Positions 10,047 through 22,897 of a stretch of DNA of 64,000 nucleotides are shown piece by piece. The position numbers and the translations under genes were made by a program. Source of the DNA: Halorussus marinus (GTDB lineage: Archaea; Halobacteriota; Halobacteria; Halobacteriales; Haladaptataceae); the NCBI RefSeq assembly GCF_004765795.1, contig NZ_SBIV01000003.1:186001-250000 (forward strand), given 5' to 3'. The notes beneath the pieces are model-generated. The model saw only the letters and a program-made list of their open reading frames with translations, searched no databases and was not told where the DNA came from. How positions within the stretch are numbered: position 1 is the stretch's first letter; every line of letters begins with the position of its first letter.

Positions 10047-11216
10047 CTACCGCAGGCGGTCGCGGGCCGCCGCGACGCCCGCCTCTTTGTCCACGTCCGC
10101 GCCGACGTCCTCGAACGCCTCGCCGATCGTCCGCACGCCGCGCAGAATCTGCTCGGCCGAGAGCCCGCCCATGTTGCTCACCCGGAAGATCTCGCCGCCG
10201 AGGTGGGCCTGTCCGCCCGAGATGGAGACGCCGCGAGCCTCGACCGCGTCGAAGAAGGCGTCGGGGTCCTCGCGGACGTCGGCGGGGAGCGACACGCCGG
10301 TGAGCGTGTTCGAGTACTCGGTCGCCGCGTTGCGCTCGGCGAACAGCTCCAGCCCCATCGCGGTGAACGCCTCGCGAAACGCCGCCGACTGACGACGGTG
10401 GCGCTCGATGCGCTCGGCCATCCCCTCCTCGACGATGTCCTCGGCGGCGACCGCGAGCCCGCGGAACAGCGGGACCGCGCTCGTGAACGGCGTCTGGTGG
10501 GATTCGGCCTTCCGGAGGTGCCAGTCGAGGTCCTCGTAGAACGGCGCGGCGTCGCCGTCGAACGCCTCTTGGGCGTCCGCGGTCGCGTACATCGCGGAGG
10601 TGCCCGGCGGGGCCGCCAGACACTTCTGGGCGTCGGTGACCGCCACGTCGACGTTCCAGTCGTCGATCCGGAACTCGTCGCCGCCGATCGAGGTCACGCC
10701 GTCGACCACGAAGCGGGCGTCGTGTTCGGCGGCGATCTCGCCGACGCGATCGACCGGGTTCAAAAGCCCCGTGGAGGTCTCGTTGTGGACCATCGTCACC
10801 ACGTCCGTGTCGTCGCCGACGGCGTCCTCGACCGCGTCGAGGTCGAGCGACTGGCCCCACGTCGCCTCCACCGCGTCGACGGCGGCGTAGCGGTCGGCGA
10901 TCCGCTTGAACCGCCGACCGAACTTCCCGTTGACGAGCGCGACCACGTCGCCGCCGTCGCCGACGAGGTTCGCGACCGCGGCCTCCATCGCCATCGTCGC
11001 GGTGCCGTTGAAGATGAGGCTGGTGCCGTCGGTCGCGGTGGTCGTTCCGTCGAGCGTCGACTCGGTGAACACGTAGTCGAGCGCGTCCTGGGCGCGCTCG
11101 TAGACGGCCTCGAACGCGGCCGAGCGGTGCGAGACCATCGGCTCGCTCATCGCCTGCCGTACCTCGCGGGTCACCGGAACCGGGCCGGGGTTCAACAGGA
11201 GAAAGTCCTCGCGCAT
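10047..11216 (-). CDS. PLP-dependent class V aminotransferase (serine-pyruvate / phosphoserine type)
   Basis: LLNPGPV, VSHRS, HNETSTG, VDGVTS and DAQKCL (PLP Lys); start trimmed to ATG 11216. Confidence 0.88.
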   Translation of the reverse strand: MREDFLLLNPGPVPVTREVRQAMSEPMVSHRSAAFEAVYERAQDALDYVFTESTLDGTTTATDGTSLIFNGTATMAMEAAVANLVGDGGDVVALVNGKFGRRFKRIADRYAAVDAVEATWGQSLDLDAVEDAVGDDTDVVTMVHNETSTGLLNPVDRVGEIAAEHDARFVVDGVTSIGGDEFRIDDWNVDVAVTDAQKCLAAPPGTSAMYATADAQEAFDGDAAPFYEDLDWHLRKAESHQTPFTSAVPLFRGLAVAAEDIVEEGMAERIERHRRQSAAFREAFTAMGLELFAERNAATEYSNTLTGVSLPADVREDPDAFFDAVEARGVSISGGQAHLGGEIFRVSNMGGLSAEQILRGVRTIGEAFEDVGADVDKEAGVAAARDRLR

Positions 11217-11393
11217 AGTCTGACCGATGGCGCCCCCCGGCTTAAAGACGGGGATGCTCGCAAATGCCGCCAGCGCGGTCCGGCCGCGTTCGACCCGTGA
11301 CCGGAAACCGGACAGGTGGTCCGAGCCGACAGGTCGGCGCGCTCGATAGGTGGCCCAAGCGGTCTTCAGTGACCGCGTCGTCGTTCGAGTGCG

Positions 11394-11630
11394 ATGGCAG
11401 ACTTCACAGAACACGACGAAGGCAAGCCGGTCGTAATGGGCGACGAGAAAGTCGGAATGATTTCGCGCGTCGAGCACGGCACCGCGCACGTGAACCCCGA
11501 CGCGGGCATCACCGACAAGATCAAAGCCTCGCTCGACTGGGGCGAGGACGACCAAGACACCTACCCGCTGAGCGAGGACCGGGTCGACACGATCACCGAC
11601 GACGAGGTCCGACTCCGACACGACGCGTAA
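11394..11630 (+). CDS. Small acidic haloarchaeal protein (PRC-barrel-like)
   Basis: 78 aa; DEGKPVV..EKVG..V..V pattern; divergent from the aminotransferase. Confidence 0.7.
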   Translation: MADFTEHDEGKPVVMGDEKVGMISRVEHGTAHVNPDAGITDKIKASLDWGEDDQDTYPLSEDRVDTITDDEVRLRHDA

Positions 11631-11642
11631 CCGCACTGCACG

Positions 11643-12494
11643 CTACTTTTTTGAAAGCGTCGCGAGCCCGTCGAGGTGATCGAGTCCGACGATCGCGACC
11701 GCGTCGCCGCGCTCGCGGAGCGAGTCGAGCCGGGCGGCCATCGACTCCTCGCGGGTCTCGTCGCGGAGCGCCACCGGTTCGGGCTGGTCGAACGTCCGCA
11801 ACAGCGATCGGGAGCGCTCGGCCTGTCTGCGTTCGTCGCGGGCCTGCTCGCGCGGCGGATCGGCGCGCGAGCAGTCGTGTGCGACCGGATCGTCGACCTC
11901 GACGCGGAGCCCGGTTCGGTCGGCGACCGCGGCCGCGACCCGACAGACCGCGGCGTGGCGCGAGACCGACGCGACGCCGCCGGCCACGCGCCGGAGCGTG
12001 TCGAGCGACGCCCCCTCGCGCCAGCAGTTGCGCGCGAGTCGCGCGAGGAAGTCGCGCGTCGGGGCGTCGACGCCGACCACGTCGGCGCCCGACTCGCGGG
12101 CCGCCCGGGCGGCGGTGCTCATCTCACCGCCGAACGACGGCGTCGGCCGGTCGCTCCGGGCGTACTCCCGGTAGAGGGGCACCGCCAGCGGCGGGAGTTC
12201 GAGCGCGACCGTCTCGGGGGCGCGCTCGCGGACGACCGCGCCGGCCCGGAAGACGCTCGCGGGATGGTCGTGGACGACCCCGACCAGCGTCAGGTCGCCG
12301 CGGTCGGGAGAGGCGAGCGTCCGGACGTACTCGGGGTCGAGCCGGGGGTCGTCGCCGGGCGACTCGTCGGTCGCGTCGTCGGCCGACCGCTCGGGCGCAC
12401 GATCGGCCGACGCCGTCGGCTCGGCGCGCTCGGTCGGTTCGGCGGGCGATTCGGACGAATCGGGGGACGGAGGGGAGTCTGCGGGGGCGGACAT
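11643..12494 (-). CDS. TraB/TIKI-like hypothetical protein
   Basis: LVGVVHDH, VALELP and TREESMAARL...AIVGLDHLDGL; start uncertain. Confidence 0.6.
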   Translation of the reverse strand: MSAPADSPPSPDSSESPAEPTERAEPTASADRAPERSADDATDESPGDDPRLDPEYVRTLASPDRGDLTLVGVVHDHPASVFRAGAVVRERAPETVALELPPLAVPLYREYARSDRPTPSFGGEMSTAARAARESGADVVGVDAPTRDFLARLARNCWREGASLDTLRRVAGGVASVSRHAAVCRVAAAVADRTGLRVEVDDPVAHDCSRADPPREQARDERRQAERSRSLLRTFDQPEPVALRDETREESMAARLDSLRERGDAVAIVGLDHLDGLATLSKK

Positions 12495-12593
12495 CGGCGT
12501 GCCACCGGGTATCACGCACCCCTCATATGCTTTCGGGTTCGCCCCGAGACGCGCCTTCCCGATCGAGAAGGTCGCCGAGCCCTCGCGGAGTGA

Positions 12594-14741
<2,148 letters not shown>

Positions 14742-14747
14742 CCCGGC

Positions 14748-15632
14748 CTACAGGTCGGCCTGTTCGAACACCCAGTAGCCGACCGCGATCGGGACCGCGA
14801 GCCACAGCAGGAACTGGACCGCCACGAACGGGTCCGAGAGGTAGAACGGCACCTCGCCGATCTCCTCCTGAGCGAACCCGCGCTGGAGCCGCCCCGCCTG
14901 ATAGAGTCGGGCCTGCAACTGGGTGTCGGTGTAGAGGCTGGCCGCCAGCGTCTGGTAGGCCCGCACCGGGTTCAGGAACTTGATGAACAGCCCGTACTGC
15001 ATGAGGTCGACGCTCGCGAGTTCGAGCGACAGCTGATCGTTGACGAACAGCAAGACTCGCCGGACCTGTCCCCAGAACAGCGTGAAGACGAAATAGAGCC
15101 CGACGGTGCCAAGCATCGCCCGGCGGTTGGTCGAGGCCGCCGCCGACACGCCGACCGAGATGCTGACGAACACGACCCCGAGCAACATCGTCAGGGCGGT
15201 GAACGCGACGAAGTTGAGCACCTTCAGCCCGACGCCGTAGACCCCGAGCACCCCGAACGCGAGGACGAGTCCCAGCAGGATCGGGAGGGCAACGACCGCG
15301 CTCCGGCCGACCGCCTTGCCGAGGAGCGTGTCGCCCCGCGAGTGGGGCAACGAGAGCAGCAGCTTCAGCGACCCCGACTCGCGCTCGCCGACGATCGCGC
15401 TGTACGAGACCACGATGGCGACCAGCGGGATCAACAGCGTGATGACCAACTGGCCGAGCGTCTGGAGGAACGCGTCGGTGGTGATCGGCTGTTGGGGGTC
15501 GGCCGGGAGGTTCGAGCCGACGAAGTACGCCGCGCCCGCGAACAGCCCGACGAAGATGGCCGACAGCGCCCAGAGCCACCGCGACCGCACCGCGTCCCGG
15601 AAGTCCTTCCGGGCGATCGCCTGCCACGTCAT
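14748..15632 (-). CDS. ABC-2 type permease (NosY-like)
   Basis: IARKDFRD and IVGERESGSLKLLLSLP motifs; 6 TM segments. Confidence 0.88.
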   Translation of the reverse strand: MTWQAIARKDFRDAVRSRWLWALSAIFVGLFAGAAYFVGSNLPADPQQPITTDAFLQTLGQLVITLLIPLVAIVVSYSAIVGERESGSLKLLLSLPHSRGDTLLGKAVGRSAVVALPILLGLVLAFGVLGVYGVGLKVLNFVAFTALTMLLGVVFVSISVGVSAAASTNRRAMLGTVGLYFVFTLFWGQVRRVLLFVNDQLSLELASVDLMQYGLFIKFLNPVRAYQTLAASLYTDTQLQARLYQAGRLQRGFAQEEIGEVPFYLSDPFVAVQFLLWLAVPIAVGYWVFEQADL

Positions 15633-16549
15633 GCTTCGACCTCCCCGGGCTCGGCGGTGTACGCCATGAACAGGTCCTCCAGCGAGGTCTCCTCGGTCTC
15701 GAAGTCGCGGACCTCGGCGCCCGCGCTTTCGAGCTCCGAGAGGACGCTGGTCTTCACGCCGCTTTCACACGAGACCCGGAGCGTCTCCCCCTCGCGGGAC
15801 ACCTCCGAGACGCCCTCGATGCCGGCCACGCGGTCGAGCGCCTCGTCGGGCACGTCCTCGGCGGTGATCTGCAGGACGGTGTCGGCGCTTGTCGCCTCCC
15901 GGAGCCCCGCGATGGAGTCTTCGGCGACCAGTTCGCCGTCCCGCAGGATGCCGACGCGGTCACAGACCGACTCGACCTGCCCGAGGATGTGACTCGAGAA
16001 GAAGACCGTCGCGCCCCGGTCGGCCTCGGCCCGGACGATCTCGCGCATCTGCTTGGCGCCGTTGGGGTCGAGGCCGGTCGAGGGCTCGTCGAGGATCAGC
16101 AGGTCGGGGTCGCCGACCAGCGCCATCCCGAGCACGAGCCGCTGGGCCATTCCCTTCGAGTAGCCGCCGGCCTTCCGGTCGCCGTCGCCCGCGAGCCCGA
16201 CCCGATCGAGGATGGCGTCCGGGTCGGCGTCGGCGTCTTTCGATTCGATGGCGAACTCGATGTGCTGGCGGCCGGTCAGCCGGTCGTACACCGAGAACCC
16301 CTCCGGGAGCACGCCCAGCCGCTCGCGGATCGCGACGCTCTCCTCGGAGGCGTCGTAGCCGAGGAGACGGACTTCGCCCTCGGTCGGGCGGACGAAGTCC
16401 AACAGCATGTTGATCGTCGTCGACTTGCCCGCGCCGTTCGGCCCGAGGAAGCCGAACACCTCGCCCTCCGCTACGTCGAGCGAGAGGTCGCGGACGGCGA
16501 CCACGTCGCCGTACCGTTTCGTCACGCCGTCGAGTTCGATGGCGGCCAT
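15629..16549 (-). CDS. ABC transporter ATP-binding protein
   Basis: GPNGAGKST, YSKGMAQR, LDEP, SSH. Confidence 0.92.
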   Translation of the reverse strand: MAAIELDGVTKRYGDVVAVRDLSLDVAEGEVFGFLGPNGAGKSTTINMLLDFVRPTEGEVRLLGYDASEESVAIRERLGVLPEGFSVYDRLTGRQHIEFAIESKDADADPDAILDRVGLAGDGDRKAGGYSKGMAQRLVLGMALVGDPDLLILDEPSTGLDPNGAKQMREIVRAEADRGATVFFSSHILGQVESVCDRVGILRDGELVAEDSIAGLREATSADTVLQITAEDVPDEALDRVAGIEGVSEVSREGETLRVSCESGVKTSVLSELESAGAEVRDFETEETSLEDLFMAYTAEPGEVEA

Positions 16550-16608
16550 GCTCGCGGCTTTCGCGTCACCCTACGTAAAGCCTTGTCTTATCCGGTCGCG
16601 GCGCGAAC

Positions 16609-16872
16609 TCAAACCGTCTCGTCGGGGTCGTGGTCCGCGGTCATCCGGGCGGCCTCGTCCGCGTACCGTTCGCGAGTCTCCGGATCCTCGACCGGGTGGA
16701 GGTCGTCGGGGTCGGCGGTGATCGCGGCGGTCACGCCGCCCGTTTGGCGGAGCGCGTTCGCCGACCGCTGGCGCCGGAACCGCCGCTCGCCGTCGGGGGT
16801 GGCGTACACCAGCGTCACGAGTCCCTTGTCGGTGTACGTGCGCTCGACCAGCCAGAGTTGTACGTCGTCCAT
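16609..16872 (-). CDS. Small conserved haloarchaeal hypothetical protein
   Basis: Acidic 87-aa ORF (WLVERTY...LVYATPDG); start trimmed to ATG 16872. Confidence 0.65.
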   Translation of the reverse strand: MDDVQLWLVERTYTDKGLVTLVYATPDGERRFRRQRSANALRQTGGVTAAITADPDDLHPVEDPETRERYADEAARMTADHDPDETV

Positions 16873-17064
16873 ACGTCGGGGGTCGCGGTGCTGTGGGTTG
16901 AATCCTGCGGGTCGTTTCCGCGCGTTGACACCGCCAGTAGCGTTAAGGTCCAAAGCGGCGTACCGAGTGACACTAATGGACTACGGGTGGCAGACGTGCG
17001 TGCAGTCTCGCGGACGGGGTATCGGGCACAACCGGGGTTCGGTCCGAACGGCCCAGAGGTGACG

Positions 17065-17673
17065 ATGAGCCAGTCCCCGCTCTCGCAGGCGACCGACGAT
17101 CGGCTCTCCAACATGCTGTTTCAGGGCGAGGAGGTCGAGGAGGAACTGTCGGTCGAGGGGGCGCGCATCGCGGTCACGACCCACCGCGTGCTCGTGTTCA
17201 CCCCCGACGGCGAGGGCCGGCGGTTCGACCACGCCGACCGCCCGAACGTGGTCGACGCGACCGTCGAGACGACGGGCCACACCTCGTACGTCTCGTGGGG
17301 CGTCCGGAGCGGGGTCTACGGTGCGGTTCTGTTGGGCGGGGGCCTGCTGGTGCAGTTGAGCGGCATCCTCGATCGGCTGGGCGCGGCGACGCCGCCCGAG
17401 AACGCCCCGGACGCGGGGCTCGGAGATCTGGTGGCGATGCTCCCCGACGCGCTCGCCGCGCTGACTGACGCCTTCCTCGCGGGCGGGGTCGCGTTGCTGG
17501 TGGCGGCGGCCGCCCTGACCGGCCTCTACTATCAGTCGCGCTCTCGCGAACTCGTCATCGAGCGGGCCGGCCGCGATCCGATGCGGGTGCCTCTCGGCAC
17601 CGAGAACGGCGAGCAGATCGCCCGGCGGCTCCGGACGGCGGTAGGAACAGGTTCAAAACCGCAGAGCGACTAG
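17065..17673 (+). CDS. Hypothetical membrane protein (PH-like N-terminus, 2 TM)
   Basis: SD-like GAGGTGA before ATG 17065; IAVTTHRVLVF segment; two hydrophobic helices; ends 9 bp before uvrC. Confidence 0.7.
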   Translation: MSQSPLSQATDDRLSNMLFQGEEVEEELSVEGARIAVTTHRVLVFTPDGEGRRFDHADRPNVVDATVETTGHTSYVSWGVRSGVYGAVLLGGGLLVQLSGILDRLGAATPPENAPDAGLGDLVAMLPDALAALTDAFLAGGVALLVAAAALTGLYYQSRSRELVIERAGRDPMRVPLGTENGEQIARRLRTAVGTGSKPQSD

Positions 17674-17682
17674 CGCGGCTCG

Positions 17683-19527
17683 ATGGACGGGGACGCGGTT
17701 CGCGAGCGCGCGGCGAAACTGCCGCGCGAGCCGGGGGTGTATCAGTTCCAGACCGTCGAGTCGCCGCGCGACCACGGCGGGACGACCGGGGATCGAGCCG
17801 CCGAGACGGTCGTCTACGTCGGAAAGGCCGTCGACCTGCGCGACCGGGTGCGGTCCTACGCGGATCCGCGGGGCGAGCGCATCCGCCGGATGGTCGAGCG
17901 CGCCGACCGCATCGACTACTCGGTCACCGACACCGAGACGCAGGCGCTGTTGCTCGAGGCCAACCTGATCAAGCGGTTCCAGCCCCGGTACAACGTCCGG
18001 CTCAAGGACGACAAATCGTACCCGCTGGTCCAGCTCACCGACCACGAGTTCCCGCGGATCGAGATCACCCGCGACCCCGACCCGGAGGCGACCGCCCGGC
18101 GGCGGGCCGACGGCGGTGCGACCGCGGCCGACCCGGGCGTCGCCGGCCCCCGGGTGTTCGGGCCGTTCACGGAGAAGACGCGGGTCGAGACGGTCGTGAA
18201 GGCGCTCCGGGAGACCTACGGCGTCCGCGGGTGTTCGGACCACAAGTTCTCGAACCGCGACCGGCCCTGCCTCGATTACGACATCGGACTCTGCACCGCG
18301 CCGTGCACCGGCGAGATCGGTCGCGAGTCGTACCTCGCCGACGTCGAGTCGGTGGTCCGGTTCTTCGAGGGCGAGACCGGCGTGCTCGCCGACCCGCTCG
18401 GCCGCGAGATGGAGCGCGCCGCCGAGAACCGGGAGTTCGAGCGCGCCGCGAACCTCCGAGACCGGCTCGACGCGGTCGAGGGGTTCCACGGCGGCGCGGG
18501 CGAGGCGGTCGCGAGTCGGGGCGACGAGCGGTCGGTCGACGTGCTGGGGGTCGCCTTGGAGGGCGACTCGGCGACCGTCGCGCGCCTCCACAGCGAGTCG
18601 GGCCAGCTGGTCGAGCGCGACCGGTTCGAGGTGAGCGTCCCGGAGGGCGACGCCGACACCCGGGCCGGCGCGGTCCTCTCGGCGTTCGTCCCCCAGTACT
18701 ACGCCGAGCGCGAGCTCCCCGACGCCCTCCTGCTCTCGGAGCGGCCCGACGCCGAGGTGCTCGAGTGGCTCGACCGCGAGGGCGTGGCGGCCCGCGTCCC
18801 GGGCGCGGGACGGGAGGCGACCCTGCTGGATCTCGCGCTGAAGAACGCCCGGCGCGGGGCGAGCGAACCCGACGCGCTGGCGGCGCTCCGGGACGCGCTG
18901 GGCCTCGACGCCGTCCCCCGGCGCATCGAGGGGTTCGACGTGAGCCACGCGCAGGGGACCGCCGCGGTCGGTAGCGACGTCGCCTTCGAGAACGGGAGCG
19001 CCGACAAGTCGGGCTACCGGCGCAAGAAGCTCGACGACCGCAACGACGACTACGCCAACATGTACGATCTGGTGCGATGGCGCGCCGAGCGCGCGCTGGC
19101 GGGCCGCGACGACCGGTCGGACCCCGACCTCCTGCTGATCGACGGCGGGGCGGGCCAGCTCGGGGCGGCCCGCGACGCGCTCGCGGACGCCGGCTGGGAC
19201 GTGCCCGCCATCGCGCTCGCGAAGGACGAGGAGCTGGTCGTGACCCCCGACGCCACGTACGACTGGCCGAGCGACGCGGCCCACCTCCACGTCCTCCAGC
19301 GGGTCCGCGACGAGGCCCACCGGTTCGCGGTCCAGTACCACCAGAGCCTGCGCGACGACATCTCGACCGAACTCGACAACGTGCCGGGCGTCGGTCCCGC
19401 CACCCGCCGCAAGCTCCTCCGGCGGTTCGGGAGCGTCGAGGGGCTCCGGGCGGCCTCGGCGGCCGAGCTCCGGGAGGTCGACGGCGTCGGCGAGAAGACG
19501 GCCGAGACGCTGTTGACGCGGCTGTGA
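17683..19527 (+). CDS. uvrC: Excinuclease ABC subunit C
   Basis: GIY-YIG (PGVYQF...YVGKA), Cys cluster, UVR domain, RNase H-like [18 protein letters not shown], HhH. Confidence 0.97.
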   Translation: MDGDAVRERAAKLPREPGVYQFQTVESPRDHGGTTGDRAAETVVYVGKAVDLRDRVRSYADPRGERIRRMVERADRIDYSVTDTETQALLLEANLIKRFQPRYNVRLKDDKSYPLVQLTDHEFPRIEITRDPDPEATARRRADGGATAADPGVAGPRVFGPFTEKTRVETVVKALRETYGVRGCSDHKFSNRDRPCLDYDIGLCTAPCTGEIGRESYLADVESVVRFFEGETGVLADPLGREMERAAENREFERAANLRDRLDAVEGFHGGAGEAVASRGDERSVDVLGVALEGDSATVARLHSESGQLVERDRFEVSVPEGDADTRAGAVLSAFVPQYYAERELPDALLLSERPDAEVLEWLDREGVAARVPGAGREATLLDLALKNARRGASEPDALAALRDALGLDAVPRRIEGFDVSHAQGTAAVGSDVAFENGSADKSGYRRKKLDDRNDDYANMYDLVRWRAERALAGRDDRSDPDLLLIDGGAGQLGAARDALADAGWDVPAIALAKDEELVVTPDATYDWPSDAAHLHVLQRVRDEAHRFAVQYHQSLRDDISTELDNVPGVGPATRRKLLRRFGSVEGLRAASAAELREVDGVGEKTAETLLTRL

Positions 19528-19644
19528 CTCCGTCGGTCCGGTGGATTCTGCCGGCGTGCGACCGGCGCGTTCCCGATCCGTTCGCGTGTCCGGCCACCGA
19601 CAAGAACGTCAAGCGTTAAGCCGTCGGAGCCTCGAAATGGTGAC

Positions 19645-20829
19645 ATGAACAACCCCTTCTACGAGCTCGGACGACTCTCCGGGCGCGTGGATCTCTCGAC
19701 GGTCGCGGCCGCGGTGATCCTCGTCGTCGGCCTCATCGCCGCGCTCCCCGCGCTCGATCCGATCGCCGTCGCGGGGGTGCTCGCGCTGGCGCTCGCCGCG
19801 GTCGTGGTCGCCAGCGCGGTCGAGATCGTCGGTCCCTACGAGAAGCGCGCGCTGACCGTGTTCGGCGAGTACCGGAAACTGCTGGGGCCGGGGATCAACG
19901 TCGTGCCGCCGTTCGTGAGCGAGACCCACACCTTCGACATGCGGACCCAGATGCTCGACGTCCCCGAACAGGAGGCCATCACGGAGGACAACTCCCCCGT
20001 CACGGCCGACGCGGTCGTCTACATCCGAGTGATGGACGCCGAGCGGGCGTATCTGCAGGTCGAGGACTACCGCGACGCGGTGGCGAACCTCGCCCAGACC
20101 ACCCTCCGGGCGGTGGTCGGCGACATGGAACTCGACGATACGCTCCGCGAGCGCGCCGAGATCAACGCCCGCATCCACGAGGGGCTGGACAAGCCCACCG
20201 ACGAGTGGGGCGTCCGGGTCGAGGCGGTCGAGGTCCAGAAGGTGATGCCGACCCCGACCGTCGTCGACGCGATGGAGCAACAGACCGCCGCCGAGCGCCG
20301 CCGGCGCGCGATGATTCTGGAGGCCCAGGGCGAGCGCCGGAGCGCCATCGAGCGCGCGGAGGGCGAGAAGGCCGCGAACGTCGTCCGGGCGCAGGGCGAA
20401 AAGCAGAGCCGGATCCTCGAAGCCCAGGGCGACGCCGTCTCGACGGTCCTGCGCGCGAAGTCCGCCGAGTCGATGGGCGAGCGCGCGATCATCGACAAGG
20501 GGATGGAGACCCTCGACGCCATCGGACAGGGCGAGTCGACCACGTTCGTGCTCCCGCAGGAACTCTCGTCGCTCGTCGGTCGCTACGGCAAGCACCTCAC
20601 CGGTAGCGACGTGAGCGCGGGCGGGTCGTCGCTCGACAGCCTCGACTTCGACGCCGAGACCGAGGAACTGCTCGGGCTCGACGACGTCGAGGCGATGGCG
20701 GCCGCGGACTTCGAGAACCTCGACGATATCGAGGTCGAGGAGATGGAGACCGAAGCGATGGAGACCGAGGAGATGGAGACCGAAGCGATGGAGTCCGAGG
20801 ACCTCGAAGCCACCGAGTCGAACGACTGA
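19645..20829 (+). CDS. SPFH/stomatin (band 7) membrane protein
   Basis: N-terminal TM hairpin; QEAITEDN, LAQTTLRAVVG, EAQGERRSAI; acidic repetitive tail. Confidence 0.92.
   Translation: MNNPFYELGRLSGRVDLSTVAAAVILVVGLIAALPALDPIAVAGVLALALAAVVVASAVEIVGPYEKRALTVFGEYRKLLGPGINVVPPFVSETHTFDMRTQMLDVPEQEAITEDNSPVTADAVVYIRVMDAERAYLQVEDYRDAVANLAQTTLRAVVGDMELDDTLRERAEINARIHEGLDKPTDEWGVRVEAVEVQKVMPTPTVVDAMEQQTAAERRRRAMILEAQGERRSAIERAEGEKAANVVRAQGEKQSRILEAQGDAVSTVLRAKSAESMGERAIIDKGMETLDAIGQGESTTFVLPQELSSLVGRYGKHLTGSDVSAGGSSLDSLDFDAETEELLGLDDVEAMAAADFENLDDIEVEEMETEAMETEEMETEAMESEDLEATESND
20736..20801 (+). repeat. Coding tandem repeat (30-bp unit x2, 15-bp subunits) encoding EEMETEAMET
   Basis: cgaggagatggagaccgaagcgatggagac followed by a copy with 1 mismatch. 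Confidence 0.9.
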
Positions 20830-20830
20830 C

Positions 20831-22897
20831 TCAGAACTCGGCGTCGGGTTCGGGCACGCCGCCCTCGCCGTCGACCTCCACGTCCACGTCGAACTCCTCG
20901 CGGAGCTCGCGGATCTTGTCCCGGATGTCGGCCGCGAGTTCGAACTCAAGGTTGTTGGCGGCCTCGTTCATGCGGTCTTCGAGCTCCTCGATCCGGCGGG
21001 CGGCCTCGTCGTCGGTCTCGGGGTCGCCCGAGGCGACGCCGCCGGTGTCGGTCTTGCTCCCCGGGAGGTTCGCCTCCGAGACCGCCTTGTCGATGGTCGT
21101 CGCCTCGTAGCCGTGTTCCTCGTTGTACTCGCGTTGGATCTGGCGGCGGCGCTGGGTCTCCTCGATGGCCGCGGCCATCGCGTCGGTCGTCTCGTCGGCG
21201 TACAGCACCACCTCGCCGTTGACGTTCCGGGCGGCCCGCCCCATCGTCTGGACGAGCGAGGTCTCCGAGCGCAAAAAGCCCTGCTGGTCGGCGTCGAGGA
21301 TCGCGACCAGACTCACCTCGGGGATGTCGAGCCCCTCCCGGAGGAGGTTGATGCCCACGAGCACGTCGAACTCTCCGAGCCGTAGCCCCCGGACCAGCTC
21401 GTGGCGTTCGAGGGTGTCGGTCTCGTCGTGCATGTACTCGACCGCGACGCCGGCCTCTTCGAGGTACTCGGTGAGGTCCTCGGCCATTCGCTTGGTGAGC
21501 GTGGTCACGAGCACGCGCTCGTCGCGCTCGACCCGGGCGTCGATCCGGTCCATCAGGTCGTCGATCTGGCCGGTCGCGTCGGCGACCTCGACCTTCGGGT
21601 CGACGAGGTGGGTCGGTCGGACGATCTGCTCGACGATCCGGTCGCTCTGCTCGCGCTCGTAGTCGGCGGGGGTCGCCGAGACGTAGAGGGTCTTGTCGGT
21701 CTTCGCCTCGAACTCCTCGAACGACAGCGGGCGGTTGTCGTAGGCGGTCGGGAGTCGGAAGCCGTTGCCGACCAGCGACTCCTTCCGGGACTTGTCGCCC
21801 GCGAGCTGGCCCTTGATCTGGGGGACCGTCTGGTGGGATTCGTCGATGACGGTGAGAAAGTCGTCGGGGAAGTAATCGAGGAGCGTGAACGGCGCGTCGC
21901 CGGGCTCGCGGTCCGAGAGGTACACCGAGTAGTTCTCGATGCCCGAGCAGTAGCCGGCCTCCCGCATCATCTCAAGATCGAACGTGGTCCGTTCCTCGAT
22001 CCGCTGGGCGGCCACGAGGTCGTCGTTGCGCTCGAAGTACCGAACGCGGTCGTCGAGGTCGGCCTCGATCTCGGCGATGGCCTCCTCCATCGTCTGTTCG
22101 GGGATCGAGTAGTGCTCGCCGGGGTGGACCAGCACGGCCGACTCCCGGGAGACCACCTCGCCTTCGAGGGGGTCGACTTTCAGCATGCGGTCGATCTCGT
22201 CGCCCCACAGTTCGACGCGCACCGCGTACCGGCCGTACATCGGGAAGATTTCGACGGTGTCGCCCCGGACCCGGAACGTCCCCTGCGTGAAGTCGACGTC
22301 GTTGCGCTCGTAGTTGAGGTCGACCAGCTTCGCGAGCAGTTCGTCGCGGCCGATCTCGTCGCCGACTTCGAGCCGGAGGCTCATCTCCTCGTAGTTTCCC
22401 GGGTCGCCGAGCCCGTAGATCGCCGAGACCGACGCCACGACGATCACGTCGTCGCGGGTCAAAAGCGACCGGGTCGCCGAGTGGCGCAGGCGGTCGATCT
22501 CCTCGTTGATCGAGGCGTCTTTCTCGATGTACTTGTCGGTCTGCTCGACATAGGCCTCAGGCTGGTAGTAGTCGTAGTAGGAGACGAAGTACTCGACGGC
22601 GTTGTCCGGAAAGAGATTCCGGAACTCCTCGTAGAGCTGGGCGGCGAGCGTCTTGTTGTGGGCGATCACGAGGGTGGGCGTCTGGATCTCCTCGACCACC
22701 CACGAGACGGTGTTGGTCTTGCCCGACCCCGTCACCCCGAGCAGGGTCTGTTTGTCCATTCCCGCCTCGAACCCCGCCGCCAACTGCTGGATGGCGTCGG
22801 GCTGGTCGCCCGCGGGGTCGAAGGGAGCGTCGACCCGGAACTCGGTTTCGGCCTCGGGTCTGTCGGGCGAAAGCGGCCCGGAGTCGGCGTCGCTCAT
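20831..22897 (-). CDS. uvrB: Excinuclease ABC subunit B
   Basis: [18 protein letters not shown] beta-hairpin, [14 protein letters not shown]-terminal UVR domain. Confidence 0.98.
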   Translation of the reverse strand: MSDADSGPLSPDRPEAETEFRVDAPFDPAGDQPDAIQQLAAGFEAGMDKQTLLGVTGSGKTNTVSWVVEEIQTPTLVIAHNKTLAAQLYEEFRNLFPDNAVEYFVSYYDYYQPEAYVEQTDKYIEKDASINEEIDRLRHSATRSLLTRDDVIVVASVSAIYGLGDPGNYEEMSLRLEVGDEIGRDELLAKLVDLNYERNDVDFTQGTFRVRGDTVEIFPMYGRYAVRVELWGDEIDRMLKVDPLEGEVVSRESAVLVHPGEHYSIPEQTMEEAIAEIEADLDDRVRYFERNDDLVAAQRIEERTTFDLEMMREAGYCSGIENYSVYLSDREPGDAPFTLLDYFPDDFLTVIDESHQTVPQIKGQLAGDKSRKESLVGNGFRLPTAYDNRPLSFEEFEAKTDKTLYVSATPADYEREQSDRIVEQIVRPTHLVDPKVEVADATGQIDDLMDRIDARVERDERVLVTTLTKRMAEDLTEYLEEAGVAVEYMHDETDTLERHELVRGLRLGEFDVLVGINLLREGLDIPEVSLVAILDADQQGFLRSETSLVQTMGRAARNVNGEVVLYADETTDAMAAAIEETQRRRQIQREYNEEHGYEATTIDKAVSEANLPGSKTDTGGVASGDPETDDEAARRIEELEDRMNEAANNLEFELAADIRDKIRELREEFDVDVEVDGEGGVPEPDAEF

